Part shown: positions 26,220 through 41,249 of the stretch, in pieces
Layout of the letters: the number at the start of each line of letters is the position of its first letter
Numbering within the stretch: position 1 is the first letter of the stretch
Source: the human T2T-CHM13v2.0 reference genome, Homo sapiens
Reading direction: 5' to 3' (one strand)
Length of the DNA: 64,000 bases
Assembly: GCF_009914755.1 (NCBI RefSeq)
Contig: NC_060939.1
Translations under genes and position numbers: made by a program
The notes under the pieces: generated by a model
Database searches by the model: none
Seen by the model: only the letters and a program-made list of their open reading frames with translations
Told to the model about the DNA's origin: nothing

Positions 26220-27800
26220 TTTTACTTTTGACATATTTGTGTTACTTGTATATTCTGGATATCAATCCCCAGTTGGATGAGTAGTTTGCAAATATTTCTC
26301 CCATTCAAGAGGTTATCTTTTTCACTCTATTGATCGTTTCTTTTGTTGTTAGAAATTTTTTAATTTGACATAGTCTCATTTGTCTATTTTTTCTTTTTTT
26401 GCCTGTGCTTTTAGAGTCATATCAGAAAAATGATGGCCCAAACCAATGTCAGGAAGAATATTTTCTATGTTTTGTTCTAATAGTTATACCATTTCATGTT
26501 TTAAATTTGTATTTAATCCATTTCCAGTTGAATTTTGCATATGGTATGAAATCAGGATTCAACTGCATTCTTCTGCATGTGAATATATAGTTTTTCCAGC
26601 ATCATTTATTGAAGAGATTGTCTTTTCCCCATTGTCTTCTTGACATTGTTGTTGAAAATCAATTGAATGTAAATGTGTGGACTTATTTCTGTGCTCTTTA
26701 TTCCATTCCATAGGTTTATCTATGTGTTTTTATGACAGTATCATGTTGCTTTGATCACTATAGCTTTGTAGTAGATTTTGAAATAAGGTAGTGTGATGCT
26801 TCCAGTGTTGTTCATCTTGCTCAAGATTGCTTTAGCTATTCACAGTCTTTTGTGGTTTCATGCATATTTTAGAATTTTTTTTTTATTTCTGTCAAAAATA
26901 CCTTTGGGATTTTGAAGAGATTGCAATAAATGCATTAGATCTATAAATTGCTTTAAGTAGTGAGGACATCTTAACAATATTACTTTTTCTAATCTATTAA
27001 CATGAGATAGCTTTCTATTTATATGTGTCTTATTCAACTTCTTTTTTCAATGTTTTATAGTTTTTAGTGTACAGATGTTTGGTAAAATTTATTCCTAAGT
27101 ATTTTATTTTTTGGATTCTATTGTTAGTGGTATTGTTTTCTTAACTTCTTTCTCTGTTAAGTCCTTATTAGTGTATAGAGACACTACTGATTTTTGTATG
27201 TTGATTTTGTATTCTGCAACTTCACTGAATTTACTAGCTCTGTAGTTTTTTTTTTTTTTTTTTTTTGCTGAAGTTTTAAGGGGTTTCTACATATAAGATT
27301 ATGTTATCTGTAAACAGAAAAGTTTGCTTCTATCTTTCCAATTTGGGTGTTTTTATTTTTATTTTGTCTAATTGTCCTGGCTAGGACTTTTAGTACTATA
27401 TGGAATAGAAATAGCAAGAGTGGGAACCTTTATATTATTTCTGACCTTAGAGGAAAAGCTTTCATTTTTTTTACCATTGTGATGATTTTACTATTATGAT
27501 GTTAGCTGTGGGCTTGTTATATATGGCCTTTATTGTGTTGTGGTACATTCCTTCTATTCCTAATTTGTTTTATCTGATGTCTTATTATGAAAGAATGTTT
27601 ACTTTTGTTAATGCTTTTTCTGCATCTATTGAGATGATAATATGATTTTTATTTTTTATTCTGGTAGTGTGGCATATCACATTTATTGATTTCCATATTT
27701 TGAACCATTCTTGCATCTCAGAGATAAATTCTACTCGATTATGTTGTATGACCCCTTTAACGTGCTGTCGAAGCTGGTTTGCTGTTATCTTGTTGAGTAT
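25285..27800 (-). mobile_element. Old L1M (L1MA/MB) fragment with internal (TTTA)n at about 26170-26222
   Basis: Degenerate antisense L1 3' UTR and ORF2 (AGTGAGATCATGCAATATTTGTC, TAGCTTTGTAGTAGATTTTGAA). Confidence 0.85.
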
Positions 27801-28339
27801 GTAGTTTTGTCATTTACATTGTCTATTCAAACTGACAGCTTGAATGTTGTGGTTATTAATATGATTTATAATATTCTTCATATTTAATAGGTATCAGTGG
27901 CTTGTCACACATGAAGCATACATATTTTTCCCACTTTGTCTTTATTTTTGTTTTTGAAAATTTAAATTCAATATGGTAAAATTTAGACTTTTTTCATGGT
28001 TTCTGCTTTTGCTTCCTTGCTTAAAGTTGCATACCTCATGCCATAATTATATACATTTTGCCTACATTTTTACAAGTTATTTTATGGTATAATTTTGAAA
28101 TAGTTCAATCCAAAAATATTTATAAATGTACATATTCAATTTCTATGTGTCTAAAAATCCAACTTGTTGTTTGTTTTTCAAAAAGTATTTTATTCCCTCC
28201 ACAGTATGTGGATCTATTTACCTCTCTTTTGAAAATATACCTTTATTACCAGACAAAACTTAGATTAGTTTCTGGGCTTTTTTTAAAAAAAAACTATTCT
28301 AATCTTTTTTTTTATTGTGAATAATTTAAGGAATCATTG

Positions 28340-30335
28340 ATTAGTGTACATTCAACAGCACAGAGTTCCTACCGCAACTCCTTCCTGATTGCTAATTGAT
28401 TAGTTTCTAGATCTGATATGTCATTGATTTCCTCCATTGCATTCCATATGGGTTAACTTTTGTATTTTGTGTGTTTAAGAAAAGCATAAATAGAGATCAA
28501 CCCAGCACTTTGCTGAGAATTGTCAAATGAATTTAGTGTAATATTGGTTCTCACAATTAGTTTTTCTGTGTGGGTCAGTTTTCTAATTTCTGCACAACTA
28601 TGGATTGCTGCTTAAAACGGATATTGATTAATTACACAGGGGTCAGCTTAAGATGGGATGTAATTGATCCAATAGCCAGAAGAAAACAGGAAGAAACAAA
28701 TGTACACTTCTTATTTATGTTTCTTATCTTACTGTATACTCCAAGCATAGTATTAATGAGCAGAGTTGAGAACCTGACTCAGCCACTTATGCTTGCACAA
28801 TAGGCTCTTGAATAAAGTAGTGATAAGTGTCAAGTATTAAGGTTTTGCATGGGTAATTCAGCATGATCTCTTATCATTAAGGCAGTTCTAGCTACAGCCT
28901 CTGTTGAATGTTTGACCTTTCAGAAACAGTCATAGATGTTCAGCCCTTGACATGATTGAGGCATTCAATTGGCAACGTAATGGCACATTGTTTACCCTCT
29001 CTACAGTGGAAGAATAGCAATTTGTTCTTACTGGGATAAATGTGTTTTCCACCTGTGGCTTTGACTCTCCTGCCATCAATGCCTTGGCCATTAAACTATC
29101 CAAAGATGCATAGAATGCCTAATGTTCTTTGTAACACACCTTAGGACAAAGGAATATATTTTGTAGCAGAGAAGGTACAATAATATGCATACAACCAAAT
29201 GATCCACTGGTGCTATAATACACTATATTAAACAGAATCTATCAGTCTGATAGAACATTAAAAGATATTTCTTTTAAAGGTGGATATAAAGGTGCAACTA
29301 AGTGCCAATTTAGGGATGGTACTTTTCAGAGTTGGGGCTCTGTGCTTTAACATGTTATACTTTGAACCAATGGACATTGTAAGATATTGGGTCCTAGAAT
29401 ATACAGGTTTGTAAACCAAGGGCAGAGGGTGAGAGTGGCTCCTCTCACTAAAACTCCCTTGGAGAATTTGAGCTTCCTGGACCTACAGCATTAAGCTCTG
29501 CTGGAGTAGGGAGAATGCTTCTTCTGGGTACATAGTAAGCATTCCAATAAGCATAAAGTTTTAGTAGCTCCATGTCATTTTGGCTTCCTTGTGTATGTAG
29601 GTTGGCAGACAAAGAAATAAGTTATTATACTGGCAGTTGTAATTGACCTTCCTTATCATGAGGAAATAGAAATACTGCTATACCTTTATCAACCATAGAT
29701 GATGACAATTGTAAATTGGAAATTGCAGCAATTACAGCCTGACAGGGCCATGGTAATCATGGGTCTTTGGAAGTGAACTAGACTAGCAGAAGCACTGGAT
29801 AAACATAAGGGGAATATAGAACAGGTTGTAGAAGAGGAAGATGATGAATGTCATCCTGGGAACAAGTGTAATGACAGGACCCATTAACTCTTGTTCCTTT
29901 AACACTCTTGTGTTTGAAGAATTAATGATGGAGTGAACTCACATAGAGCATAAACTCCTCCACGCATGGAAAGATGTGGACTGTTTCTAGTGCTGTTGGT
30001 GTCTTGCACATACCCCTCTCCACTTAATATTCCCAAGAGTTTGGATTGTTCTATAAGCTCCTGAGAATCTCTGGCTGAGGACTTTTCTTTGAATATAGAA
30101 AAAGCTAAACTCACAAGGTGGGGAAACCTAGAATTGCTGTAGAGAAAATGCCCTAGAGCAGCTCTAGACCAGTAAAGAAATGCACAGCTTCTTTGTTTCT
30201 TAAGTGGGACAACTACAAGTCATAGAATTTATACAGTCTCTTGATGGCCACAGCAAGAATGTGCCCTTGATGTCCACTGTAGTAAATACAAATCAATGCA
30301 TCCTTTATTGGCATCCTCCCCTTTTCTTGCCTGGG
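28340..30335. mobile_element. Probable ancient ERVL internal sequence
   Basis: Weak similarity to degenerate ERVL pol/integrase DNA plus recollection of paralog annotation. Boundaries are uncertain. Confidence 0.4.
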
Positions 30336-30427
30336 GAGGCAGAGGTTGCAGTGAGCCGAGATCATGTCACTGCACTCCAGGCTGGGTGACAGAGAACCTG
30401 TGTCAAAAAAAAAAAAAAAAAAAAAAG
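30336..30427 (+). mobile_element. Alu right-arm 3' fragment with A tail
   Basis: GAGGCAGAGGTTGCAGTGAGCCGAGATC...poly-A; no left part. Confidence 0.9.
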
Positions 30428-30759
30428 GAAGAAGGAAGAAGAAGAAAGGAAATATGGCATGTTGGGGATGGGGATGGAAGTGGGTTGCAATTTTTAAAAG
30501 GGTAGCCAGGGAAATGCTTACTGAGATTTTTAAGTACAAGTCTGAAGGAGGCAAGGGAGTGAGTCAAACATATACATGCAGGAAGGGCTCTCTAGGAGGA
30601 GAAAGCAGTGAGAGCAAAGGCTGGGAGCCAATGCAGCCCTGGTGGCTTCGAAGAACAGCAGAGGGCCAGCGTGGCTGCGGCAGAGGGAGTCAGGGCAGTG
30701 TGCTAGGAAGTGAAGGCAGGGAGATGCAGGAGGTGTGGATTGTTGGGGCGTCACAGGCT

Positions 30760-32810
30760 GTGTGACTCCCAATTGCTGTGTGACAAATTCCCACAAATCC
30801 AGCAGCTGCAAATACGACCCAATGTTCCCCAGCTTCTGCAGGTCAGGAGTTGGCACAGCCTAACTGGTCCTCTGTAAGGTGCCATCAGGGTGTCAGCCAG
30901 CACTGGGTTCTCATCTAGGGCTCAGCTGTGTGGATGGCTCTGCTTCCAAGCTCACATGGCAGCATTCAGTTCTATGCAGGGTGCTGGACACAAGACCTCA
31001 GCTTCCTGGTGAGCATCGACTGGAGGGGGCTCTTAGCTCCTCGCAGCTGATCCCCTCCATGAGGCAGCTTGCAACATGGCAGCCTGCTTCTTCAAAGGCG
31101 TCAAGAGAGAGTCCCCAGAAAGACAGGTTATGATCTTAACATTTTATTTATTTATTTTTTGAGACAGAGTCTCGCTCTGTCACTGAGGCTGGAGTGCAGT
31201 GGCACGATCTTGGCTCACTGCCATCTCCACCTCCTGAGTTCAAGCAATTCTCCTGCTTCAGCCTCTTGAGTAGCTGTGATTACAGGCGTGCACCACTATG
31301 CCTGGCTAATTTTTGTATTTTTAGTAGAGGCGGGGTTTTGCCATGTTGGCCAGCCTGGTCTCGAACTCCTGACCTCAGGTGATCCACCCACCTCAGCCTC
31401 CCAAAGTGTTGGGATTACAGGCACGAGCCACTGCGTCCAGCCAGTGATCTTATACAATATGATCAGTACATGAATCACATATATACCGCCTCCTTCATAA
31501 GCAAGCCACAGGTTCTGCTTACAACCAGAGAAGGGGATTATTCAAGGGTGTGAATGGCAGAGGTGGGGGTTGTGGGGGTCACCTTAGTATCTGCCACCAC
31601 AGCCTGTCCTCTGTCCCCAAGACTCCTGTCCCTTGTGCATGCAAAACACATTCACCCCTCTTGAGATCCCTTCATGCTCACAGTCCCGAATCTCATCTAA
31701 ATCGGGTTTAGGTGTAGAACAGATTTCTTTGGATGTTCCTCTGATCTGGAAAACTAAAGATACAAGCTATCTGCCCTCTACATATGCAACACACAATGGT
31801 GGGTAAAGCTTGAGACATTGCTGTTCAGAAAGAGGCAGCAGGGGAAGGATGAAGGAATGGTGGTTCTGAAATCCAGCTGGGCAGACGCTGGTGTTCCCTA
31901 AACAGGTTTTAAGATGTGGGAAGATTCCATGTCTCTTGGCTCTGCCTTCTGGGCTTCTGCCTCTGGGTCATCCTTCTTTTCTCACGAAAGATCCACGTGT
32001 TTGCAGCCAAGTAGTTTTATCAGCCTTCTTCTTGACAGCAGAGTTTGGGGTCTCTGACAGTCTTCTTTCATTTTGCACTCTGTCCCCTACAGACCAATCT
32101 GCCAGCACTGTGGGTGAAACAGCTTTCCCAAACCCTTTGCCTGTCCTCTGTGGGTTTCAGTGGGGCTCATAGTCGATTTGTCAAGAGCCATACCCATGAA
32201 TCTTTTAGAGATAAACTCTACCTTTCTACCTTCAGCTCCTGCCAAGATGGCCCCCAGGGTAACTCACTGAAGCTTCCCAGGGGCCCTAAGGTTTGGTGGA
32301 GAGGTTCTGCATGGTACACCCTTGTAATCTCTTGCAACAGACCTCTGTGTGACTCATTGCTACTCCCATCCTTTGATCTTTATGCATAATCACAAAAGAC
32401 TGTACAGTTACACCCTATGCCACATGCTCAGAAGCCATTTGTTAATTTCAGCATCTTTTTCCATGTGGGGAGACTGACAATTTTCAAAATCATCAAGTCC
32501 TGATTCAATTTTAACAGTTTAAAAACCAGTCTCTTTCTCAATTTATCTCTCTTCTCTCACACTATATTATAAGCAGTAAGAAGAAACCAGGCAGCATCCT
32601 CAACATTTTACTTGGAAATCTCCTCAACTGCATACCCAATTTATCACTTACATGATGTGTTTGCCACGTAACTGCAGGAGACCACTTTTCTAAGCTTTCT
32701 GCTCCTACCTAACAAGGATCCCTGTCCTCCAGCTTCTAGTGCGAAAATCCTCACTGCCTTTGAGCAGTGGCGAGTCCTCCGAGCCCAGATATCTAGCAAC
32801 AGTCTGCTCA
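30760..32810. mobile_element. MLT1 (ERVL-MaLR) LTR and internal remnants, interrupted by an AluS
   Basis: TTGCTGTGTGACAAATTCCCACAAA..GGTCAGGAGT..GGCTCTGCTTCCAAGCTCAC is typical of an MLT1E-type LTR. Boundaries approximate. Confidence 0.6.
31141..31442 (-). mobile_element. AluSx-like, full length
   Basis: Antisense dimeric Alu. Confidence 0.93.
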
Positions 32811-33634
32811 CCTTAGAGTCTGTCTGTCACCACCTGGGCCATTTCTAAGGGACCATAGCTTTCCTCTGAGATGAGGCTTTGAGCTGAGGAGCCACATGAT
32901 CTGACATGGTTAAGGATGCCTCTGGCTTCCCTGTTGAGAATAGACTGAAGGGGCAAAAATGGAAGCAGAACAGCAGTTAGGAGGCTCCTGTCAAACCCAC
33001 GTGGAAGGCAGGCTCTGGGCTGTGTTACTGGACTAACACTAACACCGTCCCCTTGCACTTCTGAGGGGTCCCTGGAACTTCCCCAGGGGATGAGACTCCT
33101 GGCTAGCAGGACTCAGCCCCTCCCCTTCAACTTTACTCAGGACCTGGTCTCCCCTCCTTAAGGTCTCTGGAGCCCAACGCACACTTCAGCCCACTCTCAC
33201 AGGCATTCTCTCTGTCCACAAAATATCAACGAAGAGTCTTCTGTGAGTGCAGCATGGTGTGAACACTGGGAGTACAAGGAGAAATAAGACACAGTTGCTG
33301 TGCTGGAGAAGCTTGTGCCCAGTGGTGGTGATACTGCCGGAGGTGAGACCACTATGCCAGCACAGGAACAAAGACGGCAGGGGCACAGGGCAATTCAGGG
33401 GTGCAGATCTGGGGGCATCCAAGAGGCTCCTAAGCCTCAGTATATAAACTGACAGGTCACAGCCTGCTCTAGGAAACACCTTCTTAAGGGTTGGAGTTAT
33501 CTCTGTGCATCCCATCCCCACCCCACCAAGCCGCCCTTGGCCCTGCCCTCAGGAGCCTCTGCTTGGCCTTGCTAATTCCTCTCTTCTCCCTGAAGCTAGA
33601 GTGAGGTCCCTCTTGGCAGCCTTTGTATCTAGAG

Positions 33635-33960
33635 AGAGCCGTCCAATAGAAACATAAGGTGAGCAACATGCTTAATTTTAAAATTTCTAGTAGCTACATT
33701 AAACATTTTTAAGTGAAATTAACTTTAATAATAAATTTATTTAACCCAATATATCCAAAAGATTATCATTTCAACATGCAATCCTATTTTAAAAATAACT
33801 AGTGAGGTACCTGACAAAAAAAAAATCCCTTTTCATGCTAAGTCCAGAAGATCTTTGTGTATTTTATACTCATAGGACATCTGAGTTTGGATGTTACCTT
33901 TTTATTGGAAATATGGGATCTGCACTTAGATTTCACTGAATTTACATTGAAAAGGTAGGT
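33635..33960. mobile_element. MER33-like hAT-Charlie element
   Basis: GTCCAATAGAAA..TTTAAAATTTCTAGTAGCTACATTAAA..TTAACCCAATATATCCAAAA is typical of MER33. Confidence 0.6.
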
Positions 33961-34984
33961 TCACATACCCAAGTTGTCTCACACATACCTAAATGTTTTC
34001 TGGTAACTGGATGGAGTATCAGTTTTTATATTTATCTTTGCCTTAGCTAAAAAACAAATTAATAGTGCAGGTCCTCAGCCGCACGCAGGCAGTTTTCTCC
34101 ACGGTCCAAATGGTTGCCCGAATTCACCCAGACCCCGCTGTCGTCCGCTTTTTCATGCAGACATTCAAACAACTGCCTCCCTTCCTCCTGGCACCCCCAC
34201 CCCATCGCCAGCAGCCTCCAAACCAGTTTCCCTCCTGTCCTCATCTCAGCCACCCATGACTCACACACACATCTGGCTCCCCTGGCCCACTTTTCACCTG
34301 GTCCTCATAATCTATGCATAAACATTAACATACCACAGAGTCAATCTGCATACTGATTACTTCTGCTCTGGTCAAATTCTTGCTTTCAGGATCAGGAGGC
34401 TTTCTCCCCACACCAAACTGGGCCTGAGGAAATAGTGTCTTGTCTTCCTGTCACCCCTCCCGTAGTTGCATGTCTAATGAGACAAGGGGTGTCTCAGGTG
34501 AAGCAGGACAGGGAGGATGCCAGCACTTGGGTGGGAGAGGCTTGAGGAGTGCCTGTTGGGGGATGTGTTGGGGAAGGATGACTTTTCACATATGGCTCAT
34601 TGTGTCGGGATGATTTCGTTGTTAAATAAGCACCTACAGGATGATTTCACATTCCATACTTCTAAGTTTTTATAATTTAAATTCTTTCCGCCAGGCTGGG
34701 TTTTTTTTTTTTTTCCAAACTTTGAATCTGTGGCTAGAATTGGTTTGATTTACATAATCCTGCCCCTGAGATTTAGCCCCACCCCTGAGAGCCCCCTCAG
34801 AGCCACCCACAGCCAGGACACCTCTGCTGGCCTCCCCTTCCCCAGCCTTCCAACTTGTGGCAGGCCCCTGGCTCTGGCCTCCCCCTATATGGGAATGAGC
34901 CAGCTGCACCGCTGCTGACAGTGGCTGGGATAATCCTCCCTGAGCTGTTCCAAGGATTAGTCCTGCTGCCCTGTGCCCAGCTCC

Positions 34985-36455
<1,471 letters not shown>

Positions 36456-36958
36456 TTTGTTTATAGTTGGTTACAGCAACTGCCTTCTTTTAATTAAAAC
36501 ACTCCTGCTGCTTCATGTTGCTGGAATGCTTGTAACCCTGCCCTGCTTCACCAGGGTAACTCCTACTTGGCCTTTAAGTTTATCTCTGCTGTCACACCGT
36601 CCAGAAAGCCTTCTCCCAGCACCACAACCCCTCCACCAAGGGTTAGGTGTCTCCAGCAGATGCTGCACAGCTGGCTGCCCTTTGCCCACCCTCCCCTTCT
36701 TTCTCATAGAATCCTAGGACTCCTCTGTATCTAGAAGGAGTTGTGTGGTCCAGTGCTGGCCAAGAAGATGTGAGAGCAAGTCGCTGGGTGGAGATTCTTA
36801 GGAAAACTTCTTAAAAAGAATGAGACTGGGCTCCTTTCTGCCTTTTACCATTTTTGTGTATGCTTGCCTTCTTCCCACCTGGGACTCTGATGCAGCACCT
36901 GTGAATGGGCACACATATTACAACTCTTAGGCTGAAACCCACGTTCTCAGGCAGAGGT

Positions 36959-37540
36959 CTCTTGTGGGCATTTAGTGCTATAAATGTCTCTTTACACACT
37001 GCTTTAAATGCGTCCCAGGTCTTAGGGTATATACCCAAAGGATTATAAATCGTGCTACTATAAAGACACATGCACATGTATGTTTATTGTGGCAGTATTC
37101 ACAATAGCAAAGACTTTGAACCAACCCAAATGTCCATCAATGACAGACTGGATTAAGAGAATGTGGCACATATATACCATGGGATACTATGCAGCCATTA
37201 AAAAGGATGAGTTCATGTCCTTTGCAGGGACATGGATGAAGCTGGAAACCATCATTCTGAGCAAACTATCACAAAGACAGAAAACCAAACACTGCATGTT
37301 CTCACTCACAGGTGGGAATTGAACAATGAGAACGCTTGGACATGGGGCAGAGAACATCATACACTGGGGCCTGTCAGTGGGTGGGGGGCTGGGGGAGGGA
37401 TAGCATTAGAAGAAATACCTAATGTAAATGACAAGTTGATGGGTGCAGCAAACCAACATGGCACACGCATATCTATGTATCCAACCTGCACATTATGCAC
37501 ATGTACCCTAGAACTTAAGTATATAAAAAAAAAAGAAAAA
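36959..37540 (+). mobile_element. L1PA 3' end (about 37021-37540) with a short inverted ORF2 piece (about 36959-37018)
   Basis: Sense L1 3' end with A tail. The antisense piece translates as WDAFKAVCKETFIALNAHKR (L1 ORF2). Confidence 0.88.
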
Positions 37541-37599
37541 AAACTTTCACCTTTTTCCAAAGTGTTGGGATTATGGGTGTGAGCAACCACATCTGGTCC

Positions 37600-38025
37600 T
37601 TTTTTTTTTTTTTAATGGAGGTGAAATTCATATAAGTTTGACCATTTTAAAGTGAACAATCAGTGGCATTCAGTACATTCACCATGTTGTGCCAACACTA
37701 TCTCTATGTAGTTCCAAAACATTTTCATGAGCTCAAAATGAAACCTTGTACCCATGAAGCAGCCACTTCCCATTCTCCCCTCCCCTTAGCCCCTGGAAAT
37801 CGGCTTTCTTTCTCCACGGATTTACATATTCTGTATATTTCCTATAAATGGAATTACACAATAGGTGACCTGTGTCTGGCTTCTTCCACTTAACCTAATG
37901 CTTTTGAGGTTCTGTCACATGGTGCCATGGATCAGCTCTGCCTTCCTTTTTATGACTAATACTCCACTGTATGTCCATATCACCATTTGTGTATTCACTC
38001 ATTAGTCTATGGACACAAGCCTCAT
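37600..38025 (-). mobile_element. L1MB 3' fragment
   Basis: ACCATTTTAAAGTGAACAATCAGTGGCATTCAGTACATTCAC is the antisense L1MB 3' end. Confidence 0.75.
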
Positions 38026-39242
38026 TTTTAAGCACTTCAAATATGTTAACTCACTGAATCCTCACCACAAAGACAGATGCAGTTATTACATATTGACAGA
38101 GTGAAAACTGAGGCACAGGTAACATGCCTAGGATCACGTGGCTATGAAGCAGAAAGAGGACTCCAGCCGAGGCAGTCTAGTCCCAAAGTCCTTCCCTTCC
38201 TAGTAACCACTATGCTCTCCTGCCTCTCAGAGAACAACCCACATGGCACAACACGAGGGCTAAGCTGTCTGGTCTGTCTGGTGAAGCTTCAAATGCTGTT
38301 CATTTCAGATAAGGGGAGGTTCCTGGGCTGCAGAGGCTTCCTAGAGGAGGAAGACCATGTAAGGTCTAACTCAGGGCAGGTCAGGATGGTGTGAATTCAC
38401 TCTGAACACAGTCACCGATGGGTGTTTATGAAAACTGGCTCTGGAACTCCCACAGGGAAGGTTCTTATCTTTGCGTGCACAACACAGAGCCCTCTGGGTA
38501 GACTTCTAGACCCAGGCCTCTTTCAAATACATTAGAAACCTCAGCAAGATAAACTATTTTCTGTCTGGCTGCATCTGTCTATCTGTTTAGAGAGCAGGAC
38601 ATTTCCATCCTCCTCTCTCCAGGCATCCTTGGAAGTCTTTCCCACAAGCAAGACATCTTGGTGAAATTTAATGCTGCGGAGGGAAGTGGTTTTCAGGAGA
38701 GAGGAGTCTGTTCCCAGAACTGTAGCACAAAAGCTAGAGGCTGAGTAGGAACATCTTAAACTAAGTCCTCAGTCTTATTTCCAGTTTTCTTCCTGTAGAT
38801 CGGGGCTTAGGACACCCTGTCACATTTTCTTCACTCCTCCACCAGGAATTCCTAAAATCCATGCTCTTGGATCCTGGCAAATCCAGGAGGCTGGGGGATG
38901 TGGCAAGCTTCAGCAAGACTGCCTGGGACCAACCCTGCAGCCTTAATTTCCCAGGCCCGCTCAGCCCAGCTGGCCAGCAAAGGCAGGCAGAGCTTCCGTG
39001 TCCACACATGAGAATGACCTGCAGCTGTTCTTTGTCCAGGCTGAGGTCCAGGATTCCCATTGCAGCTCCTAGGAAATCTTTAAAATTAGGTCGGGGATGA
39101 GCCTGTCAGTAGATTAGGTAGGGAACTTTTATGAAGTTGAGGGTGAACCATCTGGAGGGTGAACTGGCTGGTGTGATTCTAGAACTGGGGGTGGTGCCTA
39201 GCAGTGCATTTGTGAGAAGACACAGCCAGGCTTGGTATATGA

Positions 39243-39623
<381 letters not shown>

Positions 39624-39915
39624 GATTACAAAATACTTTGACATCTTTTCTCTACAGCCCTCAAAAGGAGGCAGGGCAAGCACAATTAAATCCCATTACA
39701 AATGGGGTGACTGAAGCTCCATTCATGGCTTGCCCAGGGTCACACAAAGAATGAATAGCAGAGCCCTGAGCCTGTGTGCTTCCCTCTGTGCCAGGCTGCT
39801 TTACCCAGGCATGGGTGCACCTTGTGCATGGGACATTTCTCCTTTGTTGTGTCCTGAGTACCTTAAGCCACTCAGATATTGCTCAGGTGGAGTGAGGGGA
39901 AAATGTTTTCAGGTT

Positions 39916-40161
39916 GTATTAGTCAAAACAAAATACCACACACTGGGCGACTTTAAAATCATACATTTATCCCTCACAGTTCTGGAGGCTTGGAAGTCCA
40001 AGTTCAAGGTGGCAGCTGGACGGGTTCCTGGTGAGGGCTCTCTTCCTGGTTTGCAGACAGCCACCTTCTCTTCGCATCCTCACTTGGTGGGAAAAGACAG
40101 AGGAGAGAAAGAGAGAGAGAGAAAAATGAGATAGAGAGAGAGAGAGAAATGAGATAGAGAG

Positions 40162-40199
<38 letters not shown>

Positions 40200-40368
40200 C
40201 ACAGAGACAATGCTCTCTTTTCTTACCAGATCTATAATGAGGGCCCCACCCCATGACCTCATCTAACCGTAATTACCTACCAAAGGCCCATCTCCACATA
40301 CCATCACATTAGGGGTTAGGGTTTCAACATAAGCATTTGGAGAGGACATAAACATTCTGTCTACAACA
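39916..40368. mobile_element. MLT1A/C MaLR LTR containing (GA)n at about 40100-40200
   Basis: TGTATTAGTC..CAAAATACCACA.ACTGGG...TCACAGTTCTGGAGGCT..AAGTCCAAG. Confidence 0.8.
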
Positions 40369-40558
40369 TGAGTGGAGATCCATCTCTTCTTTACCTCTGG
40401 TAAGGGGACCACACGCTGCAGCCAGCGAGACAGTGGCATGTTCTTGTTACAACTCGATCTAACTCCCCCAGAAGAGGAGGCAGGGAAGGCGGACAAAACT
40501 GGGAGAGGGAGAGAGTGTTAGGAAGAGAGTAGGGTGGCCAGAGGCAGCAAATAAAATA

Positions 40559-40696
40559 TAAAATGCTTAATTCTGAATCTCAGATAAACAACCAATAATG
40601 TTTTTTAGCATAAGTATGTCCCAAACTAAGCTTGGGACATATTTATGCTACGAAATTATTCGTTGTTTATCTAAAATTCAAACTAGCTGGGCATCC
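40559..40696 (-). ncRNA. MIR1302-10: miR-1302 precursor inside a MER53 palindromic element
   Basis: Long hairpin. Mature UUGGGACAUACUUAUGCUAAA is the reverse complement of 40604-40624. Confidence 0.88.
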
Positions 40697-40859
40697 TGTC
40701 TTTTAATCTGGCAACCCTAAAAGGCAAGGGCCAAAAATGCCGGAGGCAAGCCAACGGATTCCAGGAGGGACAACTGCTGGACTTTGGACTGATGATGCTC
40801 TTTTTATATATTTAACTTTTTAAAAAAGCCTCTTTTCTTTCTTTTTACCAGCTTTTCAC

Positions 40860-41165
40860 TAGCTTTTTAAAAATTGTGGTAAAACATACATAACCTAAAA
40901 TTCACCGTCTAAACCATTTTTCAGCATACAGTTCAGTGGGATTAAGTAGATTCACACTGTTGTGCCGCCATCACTACCACTCATTTCCAGCACCCTTCCA
41001 TCACCCCAGCCTGAAACTCTACCCATTGAACACGAGCTGCCCAACTCCGCCTTGCTTCCCCATTCCTGGCGACCACTGCTTCTGTCTCTGTGAATTTTGA
41101 CTATTCTAGGCACTTCACAAAACTGGACTCATACGATATCTGTAGTTTTGCGTCTGGCTTCTCTA
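40860..41165 (-). mobile_element. L1MB 3' fragment
   Basis: TTGTGGTAAAA.ATACATAAC.TAAAATT.ACC is the antisense L1MB terminus. Confidence 0.75.
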
Positions 41166-41249
41166 TTGAATTCTTAAAGGGGGGTGGGAACTAAGCAGAT
41201 CACAAGGGAGCTGCCCACAGAGGTAAAGACAAGGTCAGGTAGGCTGAGA

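Noticed and set aside
40308-40323. TTAGGGGTTAGGGTT as an interstitial telomere
   Set aside because: Only two units, at a position where MLT1 LTRs have similar sequence.
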